Assembly: GCA_965287045.1 (NCBI GenBank)
Contig: OZ336883.1
Coordinates: forward strand, 21,390,001-21,454,000
Reading direction: 5' to 3'
DNA: 64,000 nucleotides
From: Carcharhinus amblyrhynchos
Lineage: Eukaryota
This document shows, in pieces, positions 24,244 to 36,529 of this stretch (the stretch's first letter is position 1; each line of letters begins with the position of its first letter). The position numbers and the translations under genes are program-made. The notes under the pieces were generated by a model. The model ran no database searches and was not told the DNA's origin. It saw only the letters and a list, made by a program, of their open reading frames with translations.

Positions 24244-24556
24244 CTACAGTACAGAAAGACGCAATTTGGCCCATCGAGTCTGCGTTGACTACAATCCCAC
24301 CCAGGCCCTACCCACGTATTTTACCCAGTAATCCCGCTCACCTACACATCTCAAGACACTAAAGGGGCAATTTTTAGCACAGCCAATTAACCTAACCCGC
24401 TGGATTGTGGGAGGAAACTGGAGCACCCGCAGGAAACTCAGGCAGACACGGGATGAACGTGCAGACTCCACACAGACATTGACCGAGCCGGGAATCGAAC
24501 CCGGGTCGCTGGAGCTGTGGAGCACTAGTACTAACCACTGTACTGCCGTGCCGCCC
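24244..24556 (-). mobile_element. HE1-like SINE (tail A), CpG-rich, abutting the ATXN3 promoter
   Basis: Reverse head GGCGGCACGGCAGTACAGTGGTTAG...GGTTCGATTCCCGGC. Confidence 0.88.
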
Positions 24557-24589
24557 TACCCCTTCTATATAATGTAAGTTTATATACAT

Positions 24590-25510
24590 AAACGGTAAGG
24601 GTAAATAAGTCTCCACACATAGAAAGCAGGCAATCCTCCCGCTCTCGACGGCAATTGCTGTGTGCGCCTGCACCGGTCCCTTAGGGAGCAGCCGCCCACC
24701 TCCCCGACTGTTGACGTCGCCGGCACGGCGCCCGCATGCGCAGCGCCCCGGCCGGTGATTGGTTGGCGGCTGTGACCCCGGCGGCGGTGGGGGGTCACGG
24801 CGCACAGGATGATGGTCCAGTATCCATCATGGAGGCGATATTTCACGAGAAAGTAGGTGGAAGTGGCGACTGCGGTTTAAAATGGCCGTGGTGGTGGCTC
24901 ACCCGCAAAGCTAGCGGCGGGAAAGAGAGAGAGAGAGAGGCCCCGTGCCGGCTGATGTCGAGTTGCTCAATCCTGCCTTTCCCTTTTCTTCACCTTCCCG
25001 GGGTGGGGTACTTCACACACACAGCCCGTTGGCCGCCAGCGCCACAGGGTTCGCAGCCCTGGCAGCTGCATTTCTTCACCCCATCCCACCCCACACACCC
25101 ACCCCACCCATAACTCAGCTCCGGTACATTGAAATCAGTTTGCCCGCGGGGCTGTGTCGCAGTTCTGGCGGCCGAGGTGCGACTAATGTCCCCCGCCCCA
25201 CATCTAAAGAGAAAGCTGTAGCCGTTTCCCCCACAAAACATTCTACCAGACGGCAGAGGAGTGCTCAAAGTTAGCCGGCGATGTTTGTGAATCCTCCCCA
25301 GTTGGTCTTTTCAATTCGTGGAAGGGTTGAGTAAATCAGGGTTGAAACAGTCTCTGACTTCCCCTTTCTGGTCCAACAACACTTAGGATTTTTTTTGGAG
25401 CTGCTTTCGTCCAGTGCAGTTTTAATGACTGCATTTTGTATAACTCGCAAACGCGACGTACGGGGCACCATTTGAACGTGGGAAAAGTTGAACGTTTAGC
25501 CGGAAAAGTG
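24590..25510 (+). promoter_or_regulatory. ATXN3: ATXN3 CpG-island promoter
   Basis: CpG-rich island spanning exon 1. CRE-like TGACGTC (~24712), NRF1-like CGCATGCGCA (~24733), reverse CCAAT box ATTGG (~24758), YY1-like AAAATGGCCG (~24879). Confidence 0.75.
24829..24852 (+). CDS. ATXN3: ATXN3 exon 1, MEAIFHEK
   Basis: Equivalent to human MESIFHEK. 24 nt, donor AAA|gtaggt, Kozak atcATGg. Confidence 0.95.
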
Positions 25511-25919
25511 TTATTGCGCTATATCAAATTTACAATTGGCTTGTTGTGATTGTACTATAATACTTGGTAAAATTGCTGCTAATAGGAAAATGTTACTTCA
25601 TGGAGTTGATTATTGATGTGCTGAAGTGTGGAAGTTCGGTTGTCTTTTTGATAGACTTTCGAATAGGTAGGATTGATGCTCGTTACAGTAAAGTACTATG
25701 TGTGATTACAATGACAAGCTTGCATATCTAGTTTCCCATACAGATATGGACGTTGGAATTTTAATCAAAATGCAAAAATAAAGATAGTATAAAATGGAGA
25801 ATGAATTACAATTACTCTATATAACTTTATTTCATTTGAAGATAACACTTTGATTTGAGTTCATGTAAAATGTCATAGTTACTAGTTTATAGTGGCTGTT
25901 GCTTTTTGTTAAGAAAGAT

Positions 25920-26570
25920 ACAAAGGCAAATTATTATCCAAATGGAAATAAACTTCAGAGTGCTTCAGTGTAGAGAGAGCTGGGTGTCCTCGTGTATGAA
26001 TCGCAGAAAGAATGGAATGTAAAAGTAGTGAACTGTGGTGCTACTCTACAAAGCATTAGTGAGATGCACTTGGAATATTGTGTACAGTTTTCGTCCCCTT
26101 ACTTGAGAAGAGATGTAGTTGCATTTGAGGTGGTTTAGAGGAGGTTTATTAGATTGATTCCAGAGATGAGGGGTTTGTTTTGTGAAGAGAGATTGAGCAA
26201 TTTAGACCTATACTCCCTGGAGTTTAGGAAAACGAGAGGAGATCTGATTGAGGTGTACAAGATGGTAAGGGGGATTACTAAAATAAATGTGGAGAAGATG
26301 TTTCCTCTTGTAGGTGACTCTAGAATAAGAGACCATAGTTTTAGATAAAGGATGGCAGATTTAAAACATGAGATGAGAAATTACTTCTCAAAGGTGGTGG
26401 ATGCCGAGACATTGTGTAAATTTAAGGAAGAGGTGGACAGATTTTTAGTTAGTAAGGGTTATGGTGAATAAACAGGATATTGGAGCTGAAGCTGAGATTA
26501 GATCAGCCATGATCATACTAAGTGGAGGAGCACACTGAAAGTGCTAAATTGCTTATTCCTCTCCCTAGTT
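25920..26570 (+). mobile_element. Decayed CR1-like LINE 3' fragment
   Basis: ORF 26154-26348 (EERLSNLDLYSLEFRKTRGDLIEVYK) and the CR1 3' UTR gatcagccatgatc. Confidence 0.85.
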
Positions 26571-26779
26571 ATATATATTTTTTGAAACATCTAAATCTGC
26601 CTTTATATCTGGTAATTAAGGCTTGTGTAAGTCTTTGACTCTTGTGCACAACAATACAGTAGATAAACTGGTTAAGTTTGTGAGCAAATCCCCTCCTACA
26701 AATGTCAAATGCATATCATTACTCATGTTGGTGTTTATACAGTAAGTTCTGTTTTATCCATTTCTATGTCAGTACTTAA

Positions 26780-27960
26780 GCAATAGCAAGAATAGGCCTT
26801 CAACTCCTCAAGCCTGCTCTGCCGCTCAAGATGATCATGGCTGATCTGAAAGTCGCCTTAATTCCACCTTCCTACTTTTCCCTCATAACCCTTAACTCTT
26901 GTGGATCAAAAGTATGTTTAACTCTGCCTTCAATATACTCAAAAACTCACCCTCCACTACTGTGAGAATTCCAAAGACACTCAATGCTCAGGAGGAAAAA
27001 AATTCTCCTTGTCTCAGTTTTAAATTAGAGATCTCTTATTTTTAAACTGCCCTTAATTTTAGATTTCCTCCAGGAAATCTCACCATCCAGCCTGTCAAGC
27101 CCACTCCTAATGTTTCAATAAGGTCACCCTTCCTTCTGGACTCCAATGAGTATAGGCACAACTTGCTCAACCTTTCCTGATTTCTTTTAAAAAAAAGGCA
27201 CCTCCGTCCTAGGAATCAACCTAGCTGATCTTCATTGAACTTTCTCTGAACTGCTTGCAATTAAGTGAGGAAACCAAGATTGTACTTTAGGAGTGGTCTC
27301 TCCAATGCAATGTACAGCTTGTAGCAACACTTTTCTACTTTAATACTCCATCTCCCTTGTAATAAAAGCCAACACTAATAACCTTTCTAATTACTTGCTG
27401 TACTGGTATGCTAACTTTTCATGATTTATGTACAAGGCCACCCAGATCCCTCTGTACTGCAGCATTTTGCACTTTCTCCATTTAAATAATATTCTGCTTT
27501 TCTATTCTTCCTGCCAAGTGGATAACCCCACTTCTCCTCAACTCTATTTTCTGTTAGCTAATTCTCTGTCCATGTTAGTACATCAACCCAACACTATAAG
27601 CTCCTATTTTGTGCAGCAGCCTTTTATAAGGCAACTTATCAAATGTTTTTTGGAAATTCAAATGCACTACGCCTACTGGTTGCCTTTATTCACCTTGTCA
27701 ACATGCTCAAAGAACTCTAATAAATTTGTCTAACACAATTCTTTCTCAAAACCATGTTGACTCTGCCTGGTTGTATTATGATTTTCTAATTGTCCTGCCA
27801 CTACCTTAATAATGGATTTTAGCTTTTTGCCAATAACAGGTGTTAGGCAAACTGACATGTAGTTTTCTGCTCCCTACTTCTTTAATTAGAAGTGTTACAT
27901 TTGCGGTTTTCCAATCTGCCCAGCCTTTTCCAGAGTCATGAACATTTTGAAAGATTAACA
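26780..27960 (-). mobile_element. Decayed CR1-like LINE
   Basis: Reverse CR1 3' UTR (atcatggctgatct) and ORF2 remnants. Confidence 0.7.
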
Positions 27961-28389
27961 CACCTGGGTTTTTAATTTCGTAAATTAGATTTTGATTTGC
28001 GTCTACGCAATATGTTTGATATAAGTTTTAATTTTGTCCAGCAGGTTATGCAACTCTTCCTGTACTTCAAGAAATTATTTCAAAAAAAGTTGTTTAAAAA
28101 AGAAAGAGGCTTTAAAATAATTGCTAAGTGTTTTGGCCATTTCTTTTTGATTGAGCACTGAAATTCCGCTAAATGAACAAATCTTTCTTTTCGAGGTTTC
28201 CTGTTTTTGGTGACAGAAGGATCAATAACCGGGGGCACAGATTTGATTTAAATGGCAAAAAATCCAGACGAGAAGTGAAGAGACTTTCATGAAGCAATTT
28301 GTGAAAATTTAGAATGCGTTGTGTAGAAGGGAAGCAAATTTAATAATTCCCAAAAGTGAATTTTGTATATATTTCAGGAAACCACATCA

Positions 28390-29870
28390 TTGTTACAGCA
28401 CAGAAGTAGGCTTCACAGAATCTTTACAATGCAGAAAGAAGCCATTTGGCCCATTGAGTTTGCACTGACTCTCTGAAAGAGTTTTCTACCTAGTCCCCTC
28501 TCCTGCTTTATTCCAGTAACCTTGCACGTTCTTTCTTATCACATTACAATCCAATTCTCTTTTGAATACCTCAATTGAACCTGCCTACATCACCATCCAG
28601 AAGTTCTTTCCACACTCAAACTACCCTCTGTTTCTTCCCATCACTTTTACTCCTTGGCCATTGTTTTGAATGTATCCTGTTGTCCTTGATACTCTCTTGA
28701 GTGGAAACAGTTTCTCACTATTCACCCTATCCATAGCCCTCAGGATCTTGAATACCTTTATTAAGTCTCCTCTCAGTCTTTTCTCCAAGGAAAATAGTCC
28801 CAGTCTTTCCAATCCCCATAGGTGACGGTTCTTTATCCCTGGAATCATGCTTGTGAATCTCCTTTACTAACTCTTTCCAATGTTTTCACATCCTTCCTCA
28901 AGTATGGCACCCAGAGCCAAATGTAGTTCTCCAGATGAGACATAAACAAGTGTCTTATACAAATTCAATGCGATCTCCTTACTTTTGTACCCGATGTCCC
29001 TATTAATAAAGCCTAAAATACTGAATGCTTTATTAACTGCTCTCTGAATATACCTTGCTATTTTCAATGTCTCCTGTACATATGTGCATAAACCTAGATA
29101 TGTGTCTTCCACTTCCTTTAGTTTCTTCCTTTATTTTGTACTGTTGATATTCTTCCTGCCAAAATGAAGCACCTTGCACTTCTCTGCATTGAACTTCATT
29201 GCCACTTGTCTGTCCAATCCACCAACATGTCTATATCTTTTTGAAGTTCACAATTATCCTCAATGCTGTTGGCAATGTTTGCAATCTTTGTATCATCAAG
29301 TTTTGAAGTCATGTCCTGAACACCACTATGTAGGTCACTAATAATAATCAGGAAGAGCAAGGGTACCAACACTCATGCGTAGGGAACTCCACTACAAACC
29401 TTCCAACCATTTATTATTATTTCCTGTTTTCTGTCACTCAGTCGATTTCATAGCAAGTGCCTACTTTCCCTTTTATTCCATGAGTTAGAATTTTGCTTCC
29501 AAGTCTGTAGTGTGGTATTGTATCAAATGCCCTTTGAAAACCCATGTACACCACATTAACAGCATTGCCCTTATCAACTTTTTCTGTTTCCTTCTCAAAA
29601 ACATTCCTAGTTGGTGAATTCCATTAATGAATCTGTGCTGGCTTTCCTTAATTATTCTGCATTCCAGATCTTAACCCATCACTTCATGAAAAAGTTGCTT
29701 TGTCGATTCTTTTGCTAATTATCTTAAATCTGCGCCATCTCATTCTCGATCCTTACGCCACTGGCAATAGTTTCTCCCTATCTGCTTTGTCCCCATGGTT
29801 TTGAACATCTCTATCAAATCTTCTCTCAATCTCCTTTCCAAGGAAAACAGTCCTAATTTCTCCAATCTAT
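28390..29870 (-). mobile_element. Decayed CR1-like LINE(s)
   Basis: ORFs 28621-28848 (LGLFSLEKRLRGDLIKVFK) and 28867-29112 (ILGFINRDIGYKSKE..LNLYKTLV). Confidence 0.85.
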
Positions 29871-29877
29871 CATTGGA

Positions 29878-30190
29878 TCATAGAGTTCCTACAGTGCAGA
29901 AGACAGCCATTCAGCCCATTGAATCTGCACTGACAAAGCATCCTACCTGGGCCTCCTTCCCTATCCCCATTACTCTGTGCATTTACCATGGCTAATCCAC
30001 CTAATGTACCCATCATGGGACACGAAGAGGCAATTTATCATGGCTGATCCATCTGACCTGCACATGTTTGGAACTGTGGCAGGAAACAGGAGGAAACCCA
30101 CGCAGATACTGGGAGAACGTTCAAACTCCACACAGACAGTCAGCCCAGGTCGCTGGCAGTGTGAGGCACCAATACTTGCCACTATGCCCC
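29878..30190 (-). mobile_element. HE1-like SINE, tail A
   Basis: Reverse motifs, inserted in CR1 remnants. Confidence 0.8.
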
Positions 30191-31482
30191 CTATCTATGT
30201 TCCTCACCCCGGAAATGTTCTTGTGGATCTTTTCTGCCTTTTATCTAATGTCTTTGTATTTTTCCTGAAGTGTAGCGTCCAAAACTGGATGCAGTACTAC
30301 ATTTCTATTTGTATGGTGTTCATTTGCCAGTACAGTCAGAGCTGTACATCTGCAACAGTGGATTGCTCTGGGTGAGATCAAGTAGGATTTTTCCTCATGG
30401 TTTCTTTCTAACATGATGCAGGCCCAGTCTGGCAGATGTCCTTTAGAGCTTGGCCAGTTCTCTCAGTTATATTGCTACCAAGCCACTTTTGGTGATAGAT
30501 AATGAAGTCGCTCAGCCAAAGTACGTTCCGTGGCCTTGCTATTCTCAGTGCTTTTTCCAAGTGGTGTTCAACATGGAGGAGTAGTGATTCTTGATTGAAG
30601 GAGAACTGCAAATGGTATTTAGCAGAATGTTTGACCTGATACCATGAGACTTCATGGGGTCTAGATTCAAACTTGGGACTCGCAGAGTTACTCCTTCCTG
30701 ACTATATACCTTTAGTGGGTCTGACCTACCTGTAGGTCAGGGCAACACAGGGATAGTGTTGACACTAGCTGAAAGATATGATTCATGAGTATGAGTGTGA
30801 GGCTTTTGTTTTACTAGTCTGTGAGACAGCTCTGTTAACTTTGGTACAAGTTCCTAGCGGTTAATGAGGAGGTGATTGCAGGTTGCATCTCCTGTCATTT
30901 CCTGTGCCAGATGGTCCATCCAGCATTTTTGACTTCTCTGAAGTGATTTGACAGAACTGCGAGACTTGTTTGGCCATTTCAGCAAATAGTTAAAAATCAG
31001 CTGTGGGCCTGCAGTCACACATAAAGTTCACCCAAGTGAAAATGGCAGGTTTCTTTCCCTAAAGATAATTGGTGAGCCAGATTTTTTTTTTAAAGATAAT
31101 CCAGTAACTTTGTGACCATCATTATGAAGACGAACCTTTTTATTCCAGGTTTGTTATTAATTGAAGTTTAGTTCCACCAGCTGCTGTGATGGGATTTGAT
31201 CTCCTGTCTCTGGAGTGTTAGCACTGTAAGAAGTCTCACAACAACAGGTCAAAGTCCAACAGGAGCATTAGTCCAGACCTCTGGATTACTAGTCCAATGA
31301 CATTAACACTATGCTACAGTTTCCCTAAATATAATTTGAGCATACAATGATGGCATCCTGTATTATTTCTGGCGCATACCCCAAAAGTATAAGAAGTCAT
31401 TGTTCATTTTGCGGTCCGCTCTTCCAGACGTTTTGTACGTGGAAGTCAAGCTTAGGCCATTGAAAATACAAAATGTGTCTGA

Positions 31483-31750
31483 GGGGTGGCACAGTGGTTA
31501 GCAGTACTATCTCAGCGCCAGGGACCCAGGTTCAATTCCAGCCTCGGATGACTCTCCCCGTGTCTGCGTGGGTTTCCTCCCACAGTCTGAAGATATGCAG
31601 GTTAGGTTGATTGGTTAAGATAAATTGACCCTAGTGTCAGGGGATTAGCAAAGTAAATATGTAAGGTTATGGAAATAGGGCCTGGGTGGGATTGTGGTCG
31701 GTGCAGACTCGCTGGGCTGAATAGTCTCCTGTACGGTAGGGATTCTATGA
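31483..31750 (+). mobile_element. HE1-like SINE, tail A
   Basis: Head, core and GGATTCTATGA tail. Confidence 0.88.
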
Positions 31751-31960
31751 AAGTTGAAATTGAATCCCTGTTGGTAAGAAGCCTAATTACAATATGCATG
31801 ATCCCATTTCAGAGTTTAATTAAAACTTGAAGATTACTTTTTATTGCTTAAAAAAGAGTATTATTGTGCAGTATTGTCAGATTTACACAACAAAGCAAGA
31901 AATCTGTCTCTGGTACCTTATATGAAAATCTGATGGGCTTTGCTCTGCTTAATTCCATAG

Positions 31961-32125
31961 CAAGAAGGATCCCTCTGTGCTCAGCATTGCCTCAACAATT
32001 TGTTGCAGGGAGAATACTTTAGCCCTATAGACCTCTCTACAATTGCACAGCAGTTGGATGACGAGGAGCGAGAAAGAATGGCAGAGGGAGGAACTACTAC
32101 AGAGGAATATAGAATATTTTTACAG
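31961..32125 (+). CDS. ATXN3: ATXN3 exon 2, QEGSLCAQHCLNNLLQGEYFSPIDLSTIAQQLDDEERERMAEGGTTTEEYRIFLQ (catalytic Cys14)
   Basis: 165 nt, tag/gtaaaa. Josephin signature LCAQHCLNNLLQ. Confidence 0.97.
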
Positions 32126-32538
32126 GTAAAAACTGCAATTTAACGCAACATCAATTTCATTGAAGCTGCTCTCTACAGACCAAATACCATGACTCGGTGG
32201 TAGCACTCTCCCCTCTAGTCAGAACATTCTGCATTCCAGTTCTGCTGTGGAGACCTGAGCATCTAAGCTGACACCTCACTGCAGTACTGAAGGACTGCTG
32301 CAATGTTGGAGGTGTCAGCTTTAAGGTAAGTTGTTAAACAAATACCTCGTCGGCCCTCTAGTTAATTCACATAAATGTAAAGAGCGTCTTGATGTTAACC
32401 CGTTTATCAGTAAAATGCCATCCCAGTTTCAGTGCTTTTAATTGCCCTTTGAAATTATGCAGCCCTTCACATGCTTTGACTGTGTACCATGAACATTTGC
32501 ATTATTCCATCAACTTTAATTGTTTTCTCTCAATGTAG

Positions 32539-32583
32539 CAACCTTCGGGGAACATGGATGATAGTGGATTCTTTTCAATTCAA
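32539..32583 (+). CDS. ATXN3: ATXN3 exon 3, QPSGNMDDSGFFSIQ
   Basis: 45 nt, tag/gtaagt. Confidence 0.97.
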
Positions 32584-34723
32584 GTAAGTATCTGAATTTA
32601 AGCCTATAAATCCTATAATTAAGCTTATAATATCTAGCAATAAACTTTTTATTTTTTCTTACCCTCTCCCTCCTTTGAAAGTGATTTGAACCAATTTTCT
32701 TTCTTTATCCTTGGAATTGTTAAATAAAGCAATCAAGTCATAGTAGACAGGGCTAGCAAGCGACATTTAATTAGATAGTTTGATTTGTTCTTTCCCTATT
32801 GCTCATCTACACTGTCATCATTTGCTTTTTACTTCTCATTTTAATTTCTAATCTGGCTTTCTCAGTCATTTTCTCCATGTTGTTTGTAAGTCAGTTCTGC
32901 AACTATTTCATCCAGATACCATCAGCATACCCTGTTTTTAGTATAGGAAAATGTATACAATTAGAATTTTCAGGAAATCTGAACGCCTGGCCCTAGTTAT
33001 CAGTGCCAAAGTACCTCTACCATTGACGCAGCTGATGGCTATTCTAAAGAATAACCATCAGAGAATTGAAGGGCGTGGGGGAGGGGTAATACTACAGCTG
33101 AAATTGGATGTGAGTGCAAATGACAATGTTAGTTGATAGTAGGTATAAAGAGGCTACCATTAATTTTCAAGGTTGCCTTGACACCACACCAACTCTCAAA
33201 TTAACAATGTTAGCTACTGAAGAAATGCACTTGTCCTGTGAGGAGGTAATATTTGAAGGTAGTGATTAATTAAATAGTAGTTTTCGCATTTTTGCCCCAA
33301 TTGATAATTGCAAAAGCATTGCTGTCAAATGTACTTTAATGTACACGCATATTTTTGGAAGCCAGAAATAGACATTAGCCAAACTTGGCCATAACCAAAT
33401 ATGTTCAGAAAAATTCACTCTATTTATCTTCTTAGCTATAATGCGTTAACATTTTATATAAGTTGTCAATTAAGATAACACAAAATGGAGGCAGAAGCAG
33501 TCAGGCTGAATAAATTTTAGTTCATTTTTGTGTTTATTCTCTTTACCAGATGAATCGCCAGATTAGATTGTTAATGAAGGAGCTGAATGTTTGATTAGTA
33601 CAATACATTGGCAATATAGCACCATCATCATCATGCAGTGATAAAGCAAATGCTTGTTCTTCCCCATCTCATTTCACCGAATGTTCTGTTATAGAGGTAT
33701 TGCTTTAGAATAGTGCCAAAAGATGGGAAAATTAGCTGGAAAATCATTACTGAATTGATTAGTTGCCAGCTCTCAGTGTCAGTTGATAACCTGTGCAACG
33801 TTCTGAAAACTAATTGCAAAAGCTATCCTCCACCTTTTTGATCAGTTTTTTTGTCATTGCAAATTTACTAACATGGACAACACAGTACAAGACTGAAAGC
33901 ACTGATTAAACTCTCTATTGCCAAAGCATTTTGAAGTAATGTTTTAGAAAAGTAAAATGAATGGTGGGGGACTACAATTGATGGAGGAATGGGAAATTTG
34001 GGGAATTCCTGTCCAGATATCCTAAAGCAATCAAATAATATTCCAGAATGTATCCAATCTTTAGAATAATTTCCCCCTCCCCAACACCCCCCTCCTCTTT
34101 GTGGATTAAGTTGAATCTTGCCGTGTTAATATTCTTTGATCAATAAGACATGAAAAAAATTGATAGAGAAGAGGACTCAATTTTACTTGTTTTTAAGATC
34201 ACTCTAAAATATAAAATAATTCAGTAAGTTAGATACATAAGCCATTTACCTCGGGTGAGGGAATCCAGAATGAGGAGTTACACCATTTTGGAGTGAAATC
34301 ACAAAGTACTTTTTCACGCACAGGCTAAAGGCAGTCTAGAATTCTTTCCTACACCACACCTACCAATGGTGTGAATGTTGGATCAACAGAAATGATCAAG
34401 CCACCAATTCACAGTGAGGGTATTAAGGAATGCCAGATCAACCATGATCTGATTGAATAGCAGACAGGCTTCAGGGACTGACCCACTTTTATTCTGATTT
34501 TGTTATTGCAAGCTTGCAAAGGGGAATTATGCGGAGTATTGTAAACATGATTGAAAATTACATGACACTTTGTGAGACCATTAAATAATGTTTTGTGCGA
34601 ACGTTGAGTTTTAAAAAATGCATAGTTGCACAAGATAATATAACAAAATACAGCCCAAGTAGGAACAATCCATTGCACCCTGGTTATTTCCATTGGGAAA
34701 ATAACTGCAAATATACAATTCCT

Positions 34724-34940
34724 AATAAGTCTCACAACACCAGGTTAAAGTCTAGCAGGTTTATTTGGTATCACAAACTTTCGGAACGCTGCTGCTTCAT
34801 CAGGTGAGTGATGATCACCTGATGAAGGAGCAGCACTCCAAAAGCTCATGATTCCAAATAAATCTTTTGGACTTTAATCTGATGTTGTGATACTTCTTAC
34901 TGTGCCCACCCCAGTCCAATGCCAGCATCTCCACATCATG
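34724..34940. mobile_element. Palindromic repeat family P1, best-preserved copy, with two back-to-back hammerhead-like motifs
   Basis: Arms of ~85 bp (34724-34807 and 34815-~34900), each beginning TCACCTGATGAAG. Confidence 0.82.
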
Positions 34941-35154
34941 AGCTCCTAATTGGTTGAGGGAGGGAAGAAATGATACCTTGGGCTGCAAGAAAATGCAAGT
35001 AATAGCCCTTTGCTGAAGCATGTCTTACAGGTTGGAGCACAGACTTTTGCATGTGTTAAAACCAGGTGTTGCTTTTCAAATTACGTATTTTAAGTGGGTT
35101 CTACTGTATTGTTGTAAAATCCAAAGAGCTTTCAAAGCAATTTTATTTCTACAG

Positions 35155-35240
35155 GTGATTAGTACTGCCTTGAGTGTTTGGTGTTTAGAGATTACCCTCT
35201 TCAACAGCCCAGAATATCAGCGATTAAGGATTGATCCAGT
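35155..35240 (+). CDS. ATXN3: ATXN3 exon 4, VISTALSVWCLEITLFNSPEYQRLRIDP(V)
   Basis: 86 nt, cag/gtaaga. Confidence 0.96.
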
Positions 35241-35482
35241 GTAAGAAGCATTATATATAAATACAGTGTGTTCTCAGTATTTTAAGATTAATTTTTTTTA
35301 TTGTGGATCTCAGTTTTAATTTCAGATTTTGGATTTAGTTTATATGTCTATGCTCAAGTCACAAATATGTGATAGCCATTTTATTTGGAAGTTGGCATTT
35401 TGGAAATGAAATTGATTATTTTTCAACAAATTCATTGCAAAATGGTTTAAGGTCTATCTCTACATGTTTGTTGTTTCCACAG

Positions 35483-35549
35483 AATTGAAAGGGCTTTTAT
35501 ATGCAACTACAAAGAACATTGGTTTACAGTGCGAAAATTAGGAAATCAG
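35483..35549 (+). CDS. ATXN3: ATXN3 exon 5, IERAFICNYKEHWFTVRKLGNQ (catalytic His119)
   Basis: 67 nt, cag/gtagtt. Confidence 0.96.
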
Positions 35550-36529
35550 GTAGTTCACTCTTTAACATTAAAGAGCTGCAATGGAATTCTGAATCTCATC
35601 TCCACAAACGAGTTGCAGTATTCCATTTGCAAAATCATTCCTCCATTTCTCCTGATCGTTTCACCTCTTTATTCAACTTTAAAAATACCCTGTTGCATTC
35701 CACCAATTCAGTTTGTTAGATTTGCTGTATGGCTCCTTAGTTGCATTTTTTTTCTGTTTTAGTGTTTCTCATTTTTTAAAAATAACTTCACCTGGAGAGA
35801 AAAAGAAACTCCACAACAGATTTGGTTTGCTTTTGAAGAAATCATTTTAAAACTATTGGTGCACAATTGGTTGCATTATTTTTATGGTTCGTTCGCTGGT
35901 GCCTTTTCCTGCTGGAATCAGGGTTCTTCTTCTCCCACAGCAACAAAATAGCCCTAACCAAAGTCACAAATCATGTTGTCTGACAGTGACCATTGTGCAT
36001 TATCCCTGGTCAACCTCTCTGCAGCCTTTTGATACTGTTGACTGCATTATCATCATTCCTCTGTCCAGCCCAATGGGACTGCTGTTACTTGCTCCCATTC
36101 ATGCCTGTGTTACTGTAGCCAGAGCATTCCCAGCAGTAGCTTCTCTTCCCGCCTTTGGTCTGAACTTGACCACTTCCTCTCCCTCATCAGCATACTGTCT
36201 CTTGGTGACGTCATCTTCTGACATGGGATTAGCTTCCATGTATGTGTTGATGACACCAGCTGTACCTTTCCACTGCCTGTTTCAGCTCCTCCACTACCTC
36301 AGTGAAATCAGACATCTAGGCTTGAATGAGCTCAGGCTCTCTACAGCTAAACTCTGGGCAATTAAAGCCAGTGTTTTGGGGCTGTGTTTTCCTCTCAGAC
36401 CATTGCGAACAATTTAGTTCAACATTAAACAATGTCAGCAGCTTAACCGATCAAGCTGAACTTCCAGCCCTATACTCCTCTGGTTAGCTGCAGCTGATCT
36501 GAATATTTCCTCCTCAATCCTATCAGAAT

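Noticed and set aside
24736-25274. Long GC-rich ORFs around ATXN3 exon 1 and at 16066-16377
   Set aside because: CpG islands are poor in stop codons. Only MEAIFHEK is supported by homology and a splice donor.
35884-36417. 177-aa ORF
   Set aside because: Overlaps a decayed L2-like LINE remnant (gcagcctttt gatactgttgac, A.FDTVD) and does not look like a gene.
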